64,000 nucleotides of DNA from Verrucomicrobiia bacterium (GTDB taxonomy: Bacteria > Verrucomicrobiota > Verrucomicrobiia > Palsa-1439), in assembly GCA_050015495.1 (NCBI GenBank), contig JBEKBH010000007.1, positions 43,061-107,060 of the forward strand, in the 5' to 3' direction. The position numbers and the translations under genes were made by a program. Shown here in pieces: positions 55,122 to 64,000 of the stretch (position 1 is its first letter; every line of letters begins with the position of its first letter). The notes under the pieces are model-generated. The model had not been told where the DNA came from and made no database searches. It saw only the letters and a list, made by a program, of their open reading frames with translations.

Positions 55122-57698
55122 CTAGGCTTTCTCGAATTCCTGTTCCATCTGCGCCATTTCCGGCGAGTCCGTCTTCGACTTGCCGACAGCCCAAACGATC
55201 GCCGCCAGGGCCAGTGCGGCAACAATAACGGCAATGGCATACGGAGACTTGCCGCTGTCGCTGACGCCTTCGACGACATGGAACTTGAGCACAAGCGGCA
55301 ACAACAGCAAGCTCACCATGTTCATGACTTTGATGAGCGGGTTGATGGCCGGGCCCGCCGTGTCCTTCAACGGATCGCCAACGGTATCGCCGGTCACCGC
55401 CGCCTTGTGGCGTTCGGAACCCTTGCCGGTGTTCTTCTCGATGCTCCGCGGCTCATCTTCAATCAGCTTCTTCGCGTTGTCCCACGCTCCACCAGCATTG
55501 GCCATGAACACGGCCAACAACTGCCCGACGAGAATCATGCCGGCGAGAAATCCCGCCAGCGCCAGCGGCCCGAGCAGGAAGCCAACCGCCAGTGGCGCCA
55601 TGATCGCCAACAGACCGGGGCCGATGAGTTCCTTTTGCGCCGCCGAGGTGCAGATACCGACGACGCGGGCGTAATCGGGCTTCTTCGTACCGGCCCAGAT
55701 TTCTTTGTCACGGAACTGGAGGCGGCATTCTTTCACGATCAAGAACGCCGCGCGGCCGACCGCGCGAATTGTCATCGAGCTGAACAGAAACGGCACCGCG
55801 CCGCCGATGAGCAAGCCGATAAACAACGTCGGGTTGGCCACCGTGAGCAGGCCTGCCACGCCGTTGTACTGCGCCGTGGTCATTTGGCTGATCCGCTCTT
55901 CGCTGCCCATCGCCATCACCGCGATGAAGCTCGCAAACAGCGAGACCGCGGCAATGACCGCCGAGCCAATGGCAATCCCCTTGGTTTCCGCCTTGGTGGT
56001 GTTGCCCACGGAGTCGAGGTCGGCCAGAATCTGCCGGGCTTGCTTGTATTTCTGTTCGCCCATCTCGGCCTTGTCGTAGCCCATTTCACCAATCCCGTTC
56101 GCGTTATCCGCCACGGGGCCGAACACGTCCATCGAGATCGTATTGCCGGTCAGCGTCAACATGCCGATGCCGCACATGGCCACGCCGTACGCCACAAAGA
56201 TTGGCGATGTGCCGGAGTAGATGCCGACGGACGCGCCGATGGCGATGGCAATAATGATCACCGCCCACACGGTGGATTCATAACCCACCGCGATTCCCTG
56301 GATAATATTCGTCGCATGACCGGTCTGGCACGCCTTGACCATCGACTTGACCGGGGCGTGCGTCGTGTGCGTGAAATAGCTGGTGCATTTGTTCAACGCC
56401 ACCGCCAGGAAGACACCAATCAGGCACGTCCAGGCCGGGCGCAAATCCAAGCCCGGCTGCCCCAGGTTGATCCAGGACGGCAGCGCATCCACACCGCCCG
56501 GATACCCTGCCGCCGCCTGGTGGTACTGCGCCAGATACTCAACGCTAAACCGCAGGTAAAACCACCCGACCACGAAGAAGCCCACCACACTGATCACCGA
56601 GCCGATCAAGAAACCGCGGTGCACCGATGCCAGCGCCGCATCTCCCGAATCGCCTTCCTTCGAGCGCACACTGTAGGTACTGATGATCGATCCGATCACG
56701 CCGACGGCGCGCACCAGCAATGGGAAAATGACGCCCTTGTGTCCAAACGAGGCGTAGCCGAGGATCATCGCGGCAACGATGGTGACTTCGTACGACTCGA
56801 AAATGTCCGCCGCCATACCCGCGCAGTCCCCGACGTTGTCGCCGACATTGTCCGCGATGGTCGCCGCATTTCGCGGGTCATCTTCCGGGATGTCTTTCTC
56901 GACCTTGCCGACCAGATCGGCGCCGACGTCCGCCGCCTTCGTGTAGATGCCGCCACCCACGCGCATAAACAGCGCGATCAGCGTGCCGCCAAATCCGAAT
57001 CCGAGCAATACTTCATACGCCTTGTCGCCGTACGCCATGAAAATCAGCGTGCCGCCGAGCAACCCCAGCCCATCTGTCAACATCCCCGTGATCGTGCCCG
57101 TGCGGTACCCGACCTGCAATGCGTTGGCAAATGATGTCCGGGCCGCCGCTGCCACCCGGAGATTGCCGAGCGTCGCGAACCGCATCCCGACAAACCCCAC
57201 GCAAAAGCTGAATAGTGACCCCATCAGAAATGCGCCCGCGCGACCCAGCGCAACAGGCATCGGCGAGTTCACCGCCGTGAAGTACAGCGCGAGCGTCAGA
57301 ATCACAATGAGCATGACGATCTTCTTGAATTGTTGCGCCAGGTAGGCATTGGCGCCCGCGCGCACCGCGTCCGCTACCGCCTGCATCTTCGGCGTGCCCG
57401 TGTCGGCGCTCTTGACTTCGTCGATCAACATCATCGCGTACGCGAGACCCAAAAAGGCCACCCCGAGCACGCACCACAACGCCACGCGTTCATACGTGGC
57501 GTAATGCGAACTGGTCATGAACGAGAAGAATTGAAACTGTTCCTGGGCCCCCGTTGCAACCTGCTCGGCTGCGTCCCTGGCCCGCGCCCAATTCGCCGCC
57601 AACAGCGTCACGGCGCAAAGCGCCATGGTGATGAACAACTTGCGCCGCGGATTCCCCTTGGTGATCCGTTGCATGGCGCGATTCATTGATGCCGTCAT
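55122..57698 (-). CDS. hppA: Membrane-bound H+-translocating pyrophosphatase, K+-independent type
   Basis: KAADVGADLVGKVE, EDDPRN..IADNVGDNVGDCAG; GNTTKA (Lys at the K+-dependence position). Confidence 0.94.
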   Translation of the reverse strand: MTASMNRAMQRITKGNPRRKLFITMALCAVTLLAANWARARDAAEQVATGAQEQFQFFSFMTSSHYATYERVALWCVLGVAFLGLAYAMMLIDEVKSADTGTPKMQAVADAVRAGANAYLAQQFKKIVMLIVILTLALYFTAVNSPMPVALGRAGAFLMGSLFSFCVGFVGMRFATLGNLRVAAAARTSFANALQVGYRTGTITGMLTDGLGLLGGTLIFMAYGDKAYEVLLGFGFGGTLIALFMRVGGGIYTKAADVGADLVGKVEKDIPEDDPRNAATIADNVGDNVGDCAGMAADIFESYEVTIVAAMILGYASFGHKGVIFPLLVRAVGVIGSIISTYSVRSKEGDSGDAALASVHRGFLIGSVISVVGFFVVGWFYLRFSVEYLAQYHQAAAGYPGGVDALPSWINLGQPGLDLRPAWTCLIGVFLAVALNKCTSYFTHTTHAPVKSMVKACQTGHATNIIQGIAVGYESTVWAVIIIAIAIGASVGIYSGTSPIFVAYGVAMCGIGMLTLTGNTISMDVFGPVADNANGIGEMGYDKAEMGEQKYKQARQILADLDSVGNTTKAETKGIAIGSAVIAAVSLFASFIAVMAMGSEERISQMTTAQYNGVAGLLTVANPTLFIGLLIGGAVPFLFSSMTIRAVGRAAFLIVKECRLQFRDKEIWAGTKKPDYARVVGICTSAAQKELIGPGLLAIMAPLAVGFLLGPLALAGFLAGMILVGQLLAVFMANAGGAWDNAKKLIEDEPRSIEKNTGKGSERHKAAVTGDTVGDPLKDTAGPAINPLIKVMNMVSLLLLPLVLKFHVVEGVSDSGKSPYAIAVIVAALALAAIVWAVGKSKTDSPEMAQMEQEFEKA

Positions 57699-57954
57699 AA
57701 GACTATAGTTCTCCTAATACGCTTCTAGCTACGGGGTGGGTCGCAGGAACCCTACAAAACCTCCGCCCCGTTGAAAAGAGAAAAAATCGCCCGTGACTCC
57801 TCCGCGACGTAGCACCAGAACTCATATTCTCGGCAGGATGCACGGTTGCGCGTTAAGTGTTTGTAAATCAATCCGATAGATATTTTCGGCCGAGTGAGCG
57901 ATCTGAGTTCGTTTGGCAGAGACCCTGCAATTCCCCACCCCCCTCGGCGTTGCG

Positions 57955-58347
57955 TCAATAGCCGAGACTGAGTGTGTACCGCAAGATGTTGTGGCAATGG
58001 ACCGAATCGATGGTGGTGCGGCTGCGCCAGCCCTGGCAAACCACTTCCCCGCTCACGGAACTGCGTCGCTCGGAAACGGCTTTGGCGAGTTCGTTACTCA
58101 AATCAAAATCTCCGCGGATGCACTCGTCGTTCAGGCAGTTAAACCGGAAAACCGACTTCGCGTTGGCCAGATTGACCTCGTACTTGACCTGCTTGCTCTT
58201 CACGACGCCCTGAGGATCGGAATACTCCAAATTGACCGTCAACCGTTTCAGTTTCTGAAACACCTCGCCCAGAGTGGCCGACTCCTTGACTCGCTGGCCT
58301 TCCTCCTGCCGATATTCAGCCCGAGGGCCGTGCTTCTGCTGGTGCAT
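57955..58347 (-). CDS. Small hypothetical protein with four Cys
   Basis: 130 aa; FNCLNDECIRGDFDL and VCQGW..HC. Confidence 0.65.
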   Translation of the reverse strand: MHQQKHGPRAEYRQEEGQRVKESATLGEVFQKLKRLTVNLEYSDPQGVVKSKQVKYEVNLANAKSVFRFNCLNDECIRGDFDLSNELAKAVSERRSSVSGEVVCQGWRSRTTIDSVHCHNILRYTLSLGY

Positions 58348-58376
58348 GAGATATCTCGACTCTGTTTACAACCCCA

Positions 58377-58396
58377 TTTGTATTGTATCATACAAA
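58377..58396. promoter_or_regulatory. Palindrome TTTGTAT-N6-ATACAAA overlapping a TACAAT -10-like hexamer upstream of 57955..58347
   Basis: Read directly. Confidence 0.4.
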
Positions 58397-58917
58397 CTCC
58401 TCCCCGTCGCCAAAAAAGCGCGCCCGGCCAAAGGCACTCGCCCCGCTCCAAGCCGCGACGGATGACCCCCCATCGACCAGGTGAATGTAGTCGGTCGTCA
58501 AAATCTTGGACTGGCAACCCCAAATGCGTCTGCATTCCTCGCTGCAGTCGTTGTCTGCTATTCCGAGCTTGTCCAGAAATCTCCGTCGCCCTAGAGTTCG
58601 CTTGTATGAACTCCCTCTCACCGACAACGCGCCTTGATTACATACTGGATGTACCGCCTGACATGCGAAACGAAAACATTGTGGAGTCCTCTCGGGTTGG
58701 GTAGAATCCTGTCATGGCGAAAACAGCAACCGGAGTCAGACCGTTGTCACACGTCGACGACCGCACCACCCATTGCCCCAGCAATTCGGCACGCCCGAAC
58801 AATCGGCACGACGACTGCGAGGACTTCAACTGCCTCGGAGGGCTCAAACTGCCTTCTTTTATGAGCCAGAAACGCTATGGGATGCCTCTAGTAAATGGAC
58901 GCTGAGCAGGAATCAAC

Positions 58918-60084
58918 ATGATCGTCTCAAAGATTATCCTGAAGAACTGGCGGAACTTTTCGGCAGCCAACGTTGAACTATTTGAGCGCATGTTTTTGGT
59001 GGGCCCCAATGCTGCTGGAAAATCCAACTTCCTAGACGTTTTCAAGTTTCTACGGGATTTATCTCTACCAGGAGGCGGTCTACAGAAAGCGATCGCTGAC
59101 CGGGGAGGCGTTCCGCAAATCCGCTGTCTTTCCGCACGGAAAGAATCCGACATTGCCATAACTGTAGAATTGAAGGTACCCGAAGCTCAAGCCTTCAAGT
59201 GGAAATACGAAATCGGCATCAAACTTCAGGTGCGCGGCGAAAGGGAGCCTTATCTGCTTCATGAAAAAGTCTGGCGCAATGGCGAAGCCGACCCGTTCAT
59301 CAACCGTCCTGACGAGCATGATAACCAAGATGCAAAAAAACGAACCCAAACTTACCTTGAGCAAATCAGCGCCAATGCAGAATTTCGCGAGGTAAGCACT
59401 TTTTTTCAAGAGATTGAGTACCTGCACCTTGTTCCCCAATTGATCAAGTTTCCTGAAGCATTCCGCGGGAAGAAGTTGACGGGCGATCCGTACGGGCTCG
59501 ACTTCTTGGAAAGCGTGGCAGGAACCACACCTAAGACGCGGGACGCCCGATTGCGAAAGATTAGCCAAGCGCTGACTCTGGCTGTGCCTCAACTTGGGGA
59601 ACTTGGCTACAAGCCCGACGCGACGTTTGGTATTCCGCACTTGGAAGCAACATTTAAGCACTGGCGTCCCGGGGCAGGAAAGCAACGAGAGAATCAGTTT
59701 TCGGATGGCACCTTGCGATTAATCGGACTCCTCTGGTCGTTGTTAAGCGGAGACTCATTGTTGCTACTGGAAGAACCCGAGCTCTCTTTGCACACTGGAA
59801 TAGTCAGTCAATTGGCACCTCTCATTCATCGACTGCAACGGGGGAAAAACGGCAAGAGGCAAGTCATTCTCAGCACGCATAGCGAAGCACTCTTGGCAAA
59901 TCGCAGCATTGACCCCAGAGAAGTATTAATGCTGATCCCAGATAAGGATGGAAGCACGCGCGTGGAACCGGCGTCAACTGACCAGCAGATTGGCGCCCTG
60001 TTGGCTGGAGGAATGAATATTGCGGAAGCGGTCATTCCCAGAACAAACGCCAAAAATGCAGGCCAGCTGCTCTTAAACTTTTGA
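58918..60084 (+). CDS. ABC-type (AAA_21/OLD-like) ATPase
   Basis: Walker A GPNAAGKS, signature FSDGTLRL, Walker B LLLLEEPE, H-loop STHS; visibly lower GC. Confidence 0.9.
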   Translation: MIVSKIILKNWRNFSAANVELFERMFLVGPNAAGKSNFLDVFKFLRDLSLPGGGLQKAIADRGGVPQIRCLSARKESDIAITVELKVPEAQAFKWKYEIGIKLQVRGEREPYLLHEKVWRNGEADPFINRPDEHDNQDAKKRTQTYLEQISANAEFREVSTFFQEIEYLHLVPQLIKFPEAFRGKKLTGDPYGLDFLESVAGTTPKTRDARLRKISQALTLAVPQLGELGYKPDATFGIPHLEATFKHWRPGAGKQRENQFSDGTLRLIGLLWSLLSGDSLLLLEEPELSLHTGIVSQLAPLIHRLQRGKNGKRQVILSTHSEALLANRSIDPREVLMLIPDKDGSTRVEPASTDQQIGALLAGGMNIAEAVIPRTNAKNAGQLLLNF

Positions 60085-60737
60085 TGCGAGGCCCGATTCC
60101 TATTAATCTGGCTGTTGAGGACGAGCTAAGCGAGCAGATGCTTCGCGTGCTTCTCCAAAAGTGCGGTAACGCTTATGAAGTCGGTGCCGTTTATCGAAAG
60201 GGCGGTAACAACTACCTAAAATCAAAGCTCTCTGGCTTCAACAGGGCAGCCAGGGGGATGCCATATCTCATATTGACAGATCTTGATGATAAGCCGTGTG
60301 CCGCAGATCTGATCGAAGAATGGTTTGCTTGTAAGATAAAAGACTACCCGACAAGGCGCAACCACAACCTGCTCTTCTTCATTGCCGTGCGAGAGGTCGA
60401 GGCTTGGCTGCTGGCGGACCGTGAGTCGTTCGCCGCGTTCCTAAGAATAAAGCTGGATGAGATCCCCTTGGAGCCGGATCGAATCGCTGATCCTAAAAAG
60501 GAACTCCTCGAGCTGGTTCGAAAAACAAAAAATCGACGTCTTCGCGAAGACATTGTACCCCGCGACACTTCAGCAACACGGATCGGCCCAGATTATAATG
60601 GAAGACTTACAGAGTTCCTCCTGCATAAGTGGAGATTGGATGCGGCCGAAGCCCGTTCGCCCAGTTTGCTTCGCGCAAAGAAAATTCTAAAATCGTTTCT
60701 ACCGAAGTCCGAAAGCAAAAAGCGCGCGCAGCAGTAG
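60084..60737 (+). CDS. TOPRIM-like protein (DUF4276-like)
   Basis: AVED, TDLD, EVEAWLLAD, DPK; TGATG overlap with the ATPase stop. Confidence 0.8.
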   Translation: MRGPIPINLAVEDELSEQMLRVLLQKCGNAYEVGAVYRKGGNNYLKSKLSGFNRAARGMPYLILTDLDDKPCAADLIEEWFACKIKDYPTRRNHNLLFFIAVREVEAWLLADRESFAAFLRIKLDEIPLEPDRIADPKKELLELVRKTKNRRLREDIVPRDTSATRIGPDYNGRLTEFLLHKWRLDAAEARSPSLLRAKKILKSFLPKSESKKRAQQ

Positions 60738-60901
60738 CGTGTATGTTCAGCCAACACACAGCCCTATTCGTTTGGCTATCGCTCTCATCCCACATCTCGC
60801 ACTAGTCGCCTAGGCCGTCAGCGCACCAACCCCACCGCTCCACAAACGTATAGCGTCCCAACGCCTGTGATCTGCCGTGGCCGGTGACAGATTCGCTCGC
60901 C

Positions 60902-61216
60902 TCACATCGCCACTTGCTCCGGCACTTCATGCGGTACGTCGTCCGTCTCCTGCTCCGTCTCGGTGTCCGTCTCGAGCGGCCGGAACCGCTCGGCCTTGAA
61001 GCCGCGTTCCGGATACGGGGGCATGTCACTGCACGGATTGATCAGCTCCACCAGGTACACGCACATCTCCCCGGCTTCGCCGACGGGATCGATGCCCGGC
61101 ACCAGGTCGCGGATCGTGTACGTCACGCCCTTGACGGGAAGTTTCCAGTAGAATTTCTTGATGGCGTCCGGGAATACATCGTTGACGCACACCACTTTTT
61201 GCCCGGGCAAGAACAT
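60902..61216 (-). CDS. Small hypothetical protein (SH3-like, phage-type)
   Basis: MFLPGQKVVCV..KGVTYTIR..ERFRPL; GC3-biased codons. Confidence 0.65.
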   Translation of the reverse strand: MFLPGQKVVCVNDVFPDAIKKFYWKLPVKGVTYTIRDLVPGIDPVGEAGEMCVYLVELINPCSDMPPYPERGFKAERFRPLETDTETEQETDDVPHEVPEQVAM

Positions 61217-61320
61217 TCGTCCCGTACGATAATCGGATCGGCAGATTCTGACAATCGAGAAGCGCCGGTGATTTCACGCCTTGCATTGCCTGCGCAACGT
61301 GGCAGACTGCCGCCTCACCC

Positions 61321-61806
61321 ATGGCGATTTCCAAACGCATCCTCGTGCAGCGGATCATCGAGCAGCTTTCCGAACAGCTCGCCACGCTGGCGCAAGCGTC
61401 GCGCGCCATGCACGCCGATGCCTCCGACGAACAAAACAAGGCCGAGGACAAATACGACACGCGCGGCCTGGAGACCGCCTACCTCGCCAGCTCACAAGCC
61501 CGGCTGGCAACGGAAATCGAGCAGGCCCGCGCCGTCTATCAAAACCTCGAACTCCGAAAGTTCGGGGAAGGCGCCACGATCGACGTCACCGCGCTGGTGG
61601 AATTGGAGGCCAACGGCGCGCATACACTCTATTTCCTCGGCCCGAAAGCCGGCGGCATGGAAATCAGCCACCGCGGTTCGGAAATCCTGGTCATCACCAC
61701 GGAATCTCCCTTGGGACAGCAACTCGTCGGAAAGAAAGCCGGCGATCACGTCAACCTGCAAACCCGCGGCCCGTCCCAGGAATTCCAGGTGATCTCCGTC
61801 CGCTAG
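61321..61806 (+). CDS. GreA/GreB-family transcription factor-like protein
   Basis: AEDKYDTRGLETAYLA, ITTESPLGQQLVGKKAGD. Confidence 0.85.
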   Translation: MAISKRILVQRIIEQLSEQLATLAQASRAMHADASDEQNKAEDKYDTRGLETAYLASSQARLATEIEQARAVYQNLELRKFGEGATIDVTALVELEANGAHTLYFLGPKAGGMEISHRGSEILVITTESPLGQQLVGKKAGDHVNLQTRGPSQEFQVISVR

Positions 61807-61983
61807 GATGGCGCGCTACGCTTGATTTGATGGCGAATTACCGGTCAGCATGAAGAACCCTCACCCTGACCCTCTCCCTTACACAACAAGGGAGAGGGAA
61901 GTTTCCTCTCCCCTTCGGGGGAGAGGATTAAGGTGAGGGGGCAGTCGTTAAATCAGTCGTGTCGCAACACTAGGATGGCGCGC
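61803..61983 (+). repeat. 14-bp direct repeat CTAGGATGGCGCGC (61803-61816, 61970-61983) bracketing a double-hairpin REP-like element (61858-61941)
   Basis: Outer CCCTCACC/GGTGAGGG; inner stems CCCTCTCCCTT/AAGGGAGAGGG and CCTCTCCCC-TTCG-GGGGAGAGG. Confidence 0.88.
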
Positions 61984-62009
61984 CACCGGGCGCCCCCGAC
62001 CCATCCCGG

Positions 62010-62144
62010 TCAAAACTTCACGGCGAGGACGATACTGTGCTTGTACTTGAACAGTGGCGACGACCGTCGCACTTCCTTCTTCGTGAGATCGAAGGCTTTG
62101 ATCACATCTTCGTCCTCGGTCACGATCACCGCTTCCGCGTTCAC
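62010..62144 (-). CDS. Possible 44-aa small protein or gene remnant
   Basis: GTG AAC GCG..AAG TTT TGA; VNAEAVIVTEDEDVIKAFDLTKKEVRRSSPLFKYKHSIVLAVKF; coding-like GC3; below the ORF-track cutoff. Confidence 0.4.
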   Translation of the reverse strand: MNAEAVIVTEDEDVIKAFDLTKKEVRRSSPLFKYKHSIVLAVKF

Positions 62145-62153
62145 TTCCGCGCG

Positions 62154-63854
62154 TCACTGACTGCCGGTCACCAAGGGCGGGGGCGGCACAAAGTTGTGGG
62201 GCTTTATCTCCACCCACGGCCGCACGTCCGTGCCGTAATTACTGCCGATCGATACCCCGATCTGGATCTCGTCGTTGGTAAGCCCGGGGGACGGAAAACC
62301 AAACCCGCCAACCGATATGGCGAACGTGTTCTTCGTAATATTAAACTGCGCCGAAACGTTCTCTTTGCTGGACGCCGACGTAGCGATCTGTCCTTTCGCG
62401 TTCACCGAGCCATTGCGCCACTTCCAGCCGGGAAAGTCCGGCGTCAGGGTCGCGGAAAACGGATTGGACGGGTCGCCCAAGGTCAACACCATCACATCGT
62501 TGCTGCTGAACGTCCGGTCGGATTCGCTGTTGAACGCAAACGTGCCGGTCACACTGATGCGGCTGCCTTTCGCTGTCGTTGTACCGGCATCCACGAACGA
62601 TCCCTTCAGGGGCACAATGGTCATGGTCGGCGTCGCGCTCCGGGGCAGAACGTTGAGCACGAACGCTTGCGTGTCCGTCGACTGATTGGCGGCGCTCACG
62701 CCGAAAAGCAGGTTCACAATCCCTGTGAGTGTCACGTCAGGGCTGAACCATATCCGGCCCGTGCGTTTGTCCTCGCTGGCGATCATATTCGTCGGAAACA
62801 CTCCGGTGGCAGTATCCACAAGCGTGAAGAACGTCGGCTTGCCGTCAATGTCGGTGGCCGTCGCGATGAACGACGTGGCCACGTCCTGCGTGACGGTTGC
62901 ACCGGCGGGAATCGGCCCCAAAAACGGCGGCGAATTGTCGGTGTTAGTGACCACATTGACCTGAAAGGTCTGCATGGCGACCTGGTTCTCAGCGTTCGTC
63001 GCGCTCACCGTCACCGTCACCGCACCGAGGAATTTCGGCGGCGCCGTCAACCGCAACACCGCATCCTGCGAATTGGTAATCACGGTCACCGAATTCATGA
63101 CCACGTTGGTGAACGGCTGGTCGTTACTGCTATTGACGGGCGTCGACATGAGTTTCGACAACACGTCGAAGCCGCTCGTCAATTGCCCAAAAATGGGTTG
63201 CAAGAAGTTCAAATACTGCGGTGACGTGTCCGCCGGATTGTTCACCGACATGTTCACATCGGTAATGAAAAACTGGGATTCGTTGGAATCATGGGCTGTC
63301 GGCGCCCGATTGGCCATGCCCAGTTGGCCAAAACCGTCATAAGTGAGTGACGCCACGTACTCATCGTCGATGGTCAGCCCTGATTCGTAATTGACATTGG
63401 TTGCCGCACCGCCCCCCTGTGCCACGAAACCCTCGATCACCCGCTGGAACACGAGCCCATTGTAGAAATTGCTGTTGACGAGGCTGATGATGCGGGCCGT
63501 GGTCAGCGGCGTGAGATCCTCAAAAAGCTGCAAGACCAGATTCCCCGTGAACGGATTGTTATTCGAGTCCACGCCGCTCACATTGATCAGGACGCTGCGG
63601 TTCGTGCTGGGCGCGAATACCGCCGTCAACTTCTTGTTGCTGACCGTCGCGGCGAAATGCAGCGGTTGCCCGTCGGGATCGGAAGCGGTAATCGGCATCT
63701 GAAACGTCCGACTCTCTGGCAGGACAATGTTGTTCGTCCACACGGTCAGGCTCGGCACCGCCCGCGCCGGACCGGCCAACAGCACCAATCCACAGGCCCC
63801 GATGGCCGCACACGTCAGTATTTGTAGAGTTCTGGAGAACATGCGGAATCTCAA
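62154..63854 (-). CDS. Secreted cyclophilin-type peptidyl-prolyl isomerase with Ig-like flanking domains
   Basis: Signal peptide; FYNGLVFQRVIEGFVAQGG, GQLGMAN, SQFFIT, IFGQLTSGFDV; DPDG/DIDG Ig-like motifs. Confidence 0.85.
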   Translation of the reverse strand: MRFRMFSRTLQILTCAAIGACGLVLLAGPARAVPSLTVWTNNIVLPESRTFQMPITASDPDGQPLHFAATVSNKKLTAVFAPSTNRSVLINVSGVDSNNNPFTGNLVLQLFEDLTPLTTARIISLVNSNFYNGLVFQRVIEGFVAQGGGAATNVNYESGLTIDDEYVASLTYDGFGQLGMANRAPTAHDSNESQFFITDVNMSVNNPADTSPQYLNFLQPIFGQLTSGFDVLSKLMSTPVNSSNDQPFTNVVMNSVTVITNSQDAVLRLTAPPKFLGAVTVTVSATNAENQVAMQTFQVNVVTNTDNSPPFLGPIPAGATVTQDVATSFIATATDIDGKPTFFTLVDTATGVFPTNMIASEDKRTGRIWFSPDVTLTGIVNLLFGVSAANQSTDTQAFVLNVLPRSATPTMTIVPLKGSFVDAGTTTAKGSRISVTGTFAFNSESDRTFSSNDVMVLTLGDPSNPFSATLTPDFPGWKWRNGSVNAKGQIATSASSKENVSAQFNITKNTFAISVGGFGFPSPGLTNDEIQIGVSIGSNYGTDVRPWVEIKPHNFVPPPPLVTGSQ

Positions 63855-64000
63855 CTGCTGTACCTTGCCCTACGAATCAGCCCTCGTCAAACCCGAAACC
63901 GATCTCCGTTGCGAAACCACAGCTACATCGCGCCCCCGTGGCGAAATTGCCGGTGATGTCCGCGTTCCGTCATTCAACAAATCCATCCGCCACCGATCAC

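Noticed and set aside
55278-57134. 618-aa plus-strand ORF
   Set aside because: Antisense shadow of hppA.
58443-60842. CCGCTCCA at 58443 and 60835 as tRNA-Gly 3' ends or att sites flanking the ATPase island
   Set aside because: Only 8 bp, with no T-arm (GTTCRA) or cloverleaf upstream of either copy.

Overview
This is a GC-rich bacterial chromosomal window, probably PVC superphylum or Verrucomicrobiota-like (inferred from the ECF-sigma/Ser-Thr-kinase pair, a TIGR03790-like gene and the hopanoid genes). Core content: (i) a hopanoid cluster (shc, hpnH, hpnG, hpnN, hpnO); (ii) a nuclease-fused DinG/XPD helicase; (iii) xylulokinase, an SDR and lutABC; (iv) metal homeostasis operons (DtxR-family regulator/ferritin-like/FTR1 and MntH/USP/outer-membrane protein); (v) xerD and rnc; (vi) a dispersed set resembling ygfK-type purine-catabolism neighbourhoods (short YgfK-like protein, PLP enzyme, amidohydrolase, ThrC-like, SerA-like); (vii) tatD, lemA, a K+-independent H+-PPase, a GreA-like gene and a secreted cyclophilin. 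I found no rRNA, tRNA or CRISPR array. The most interesting signals are non-coding. Two intergenic regions (about 19.7-21.3 kb and 31.3-33.9 kb, inverted relative to each other) share one architecture: a covarying palindromic element X, then different cargo genes (a ParE-type TA pair or an AsnB-like gene), then an 85-bp element Y with a conserved TGGACA-N17-TATAGT promoter, then AAACGAACCC motifs and REP hairpins. A 2-kb two-gene island is flanked by a 36-nt duplication of what appear to be the formerly overlapping 3' ends of hpnG and hpnN. There is also a RAYT transposase with inverted REPs inside the hopanoid operon, and a lower-GC ABC-ATPase + TOPRIM (DUF4276-like) pair that looks like a PARIS/OLD-type defence module. 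All alignments, identities and family assignments were done by eye, without database searches. Start codons refined from the ORF track are my best estimates.
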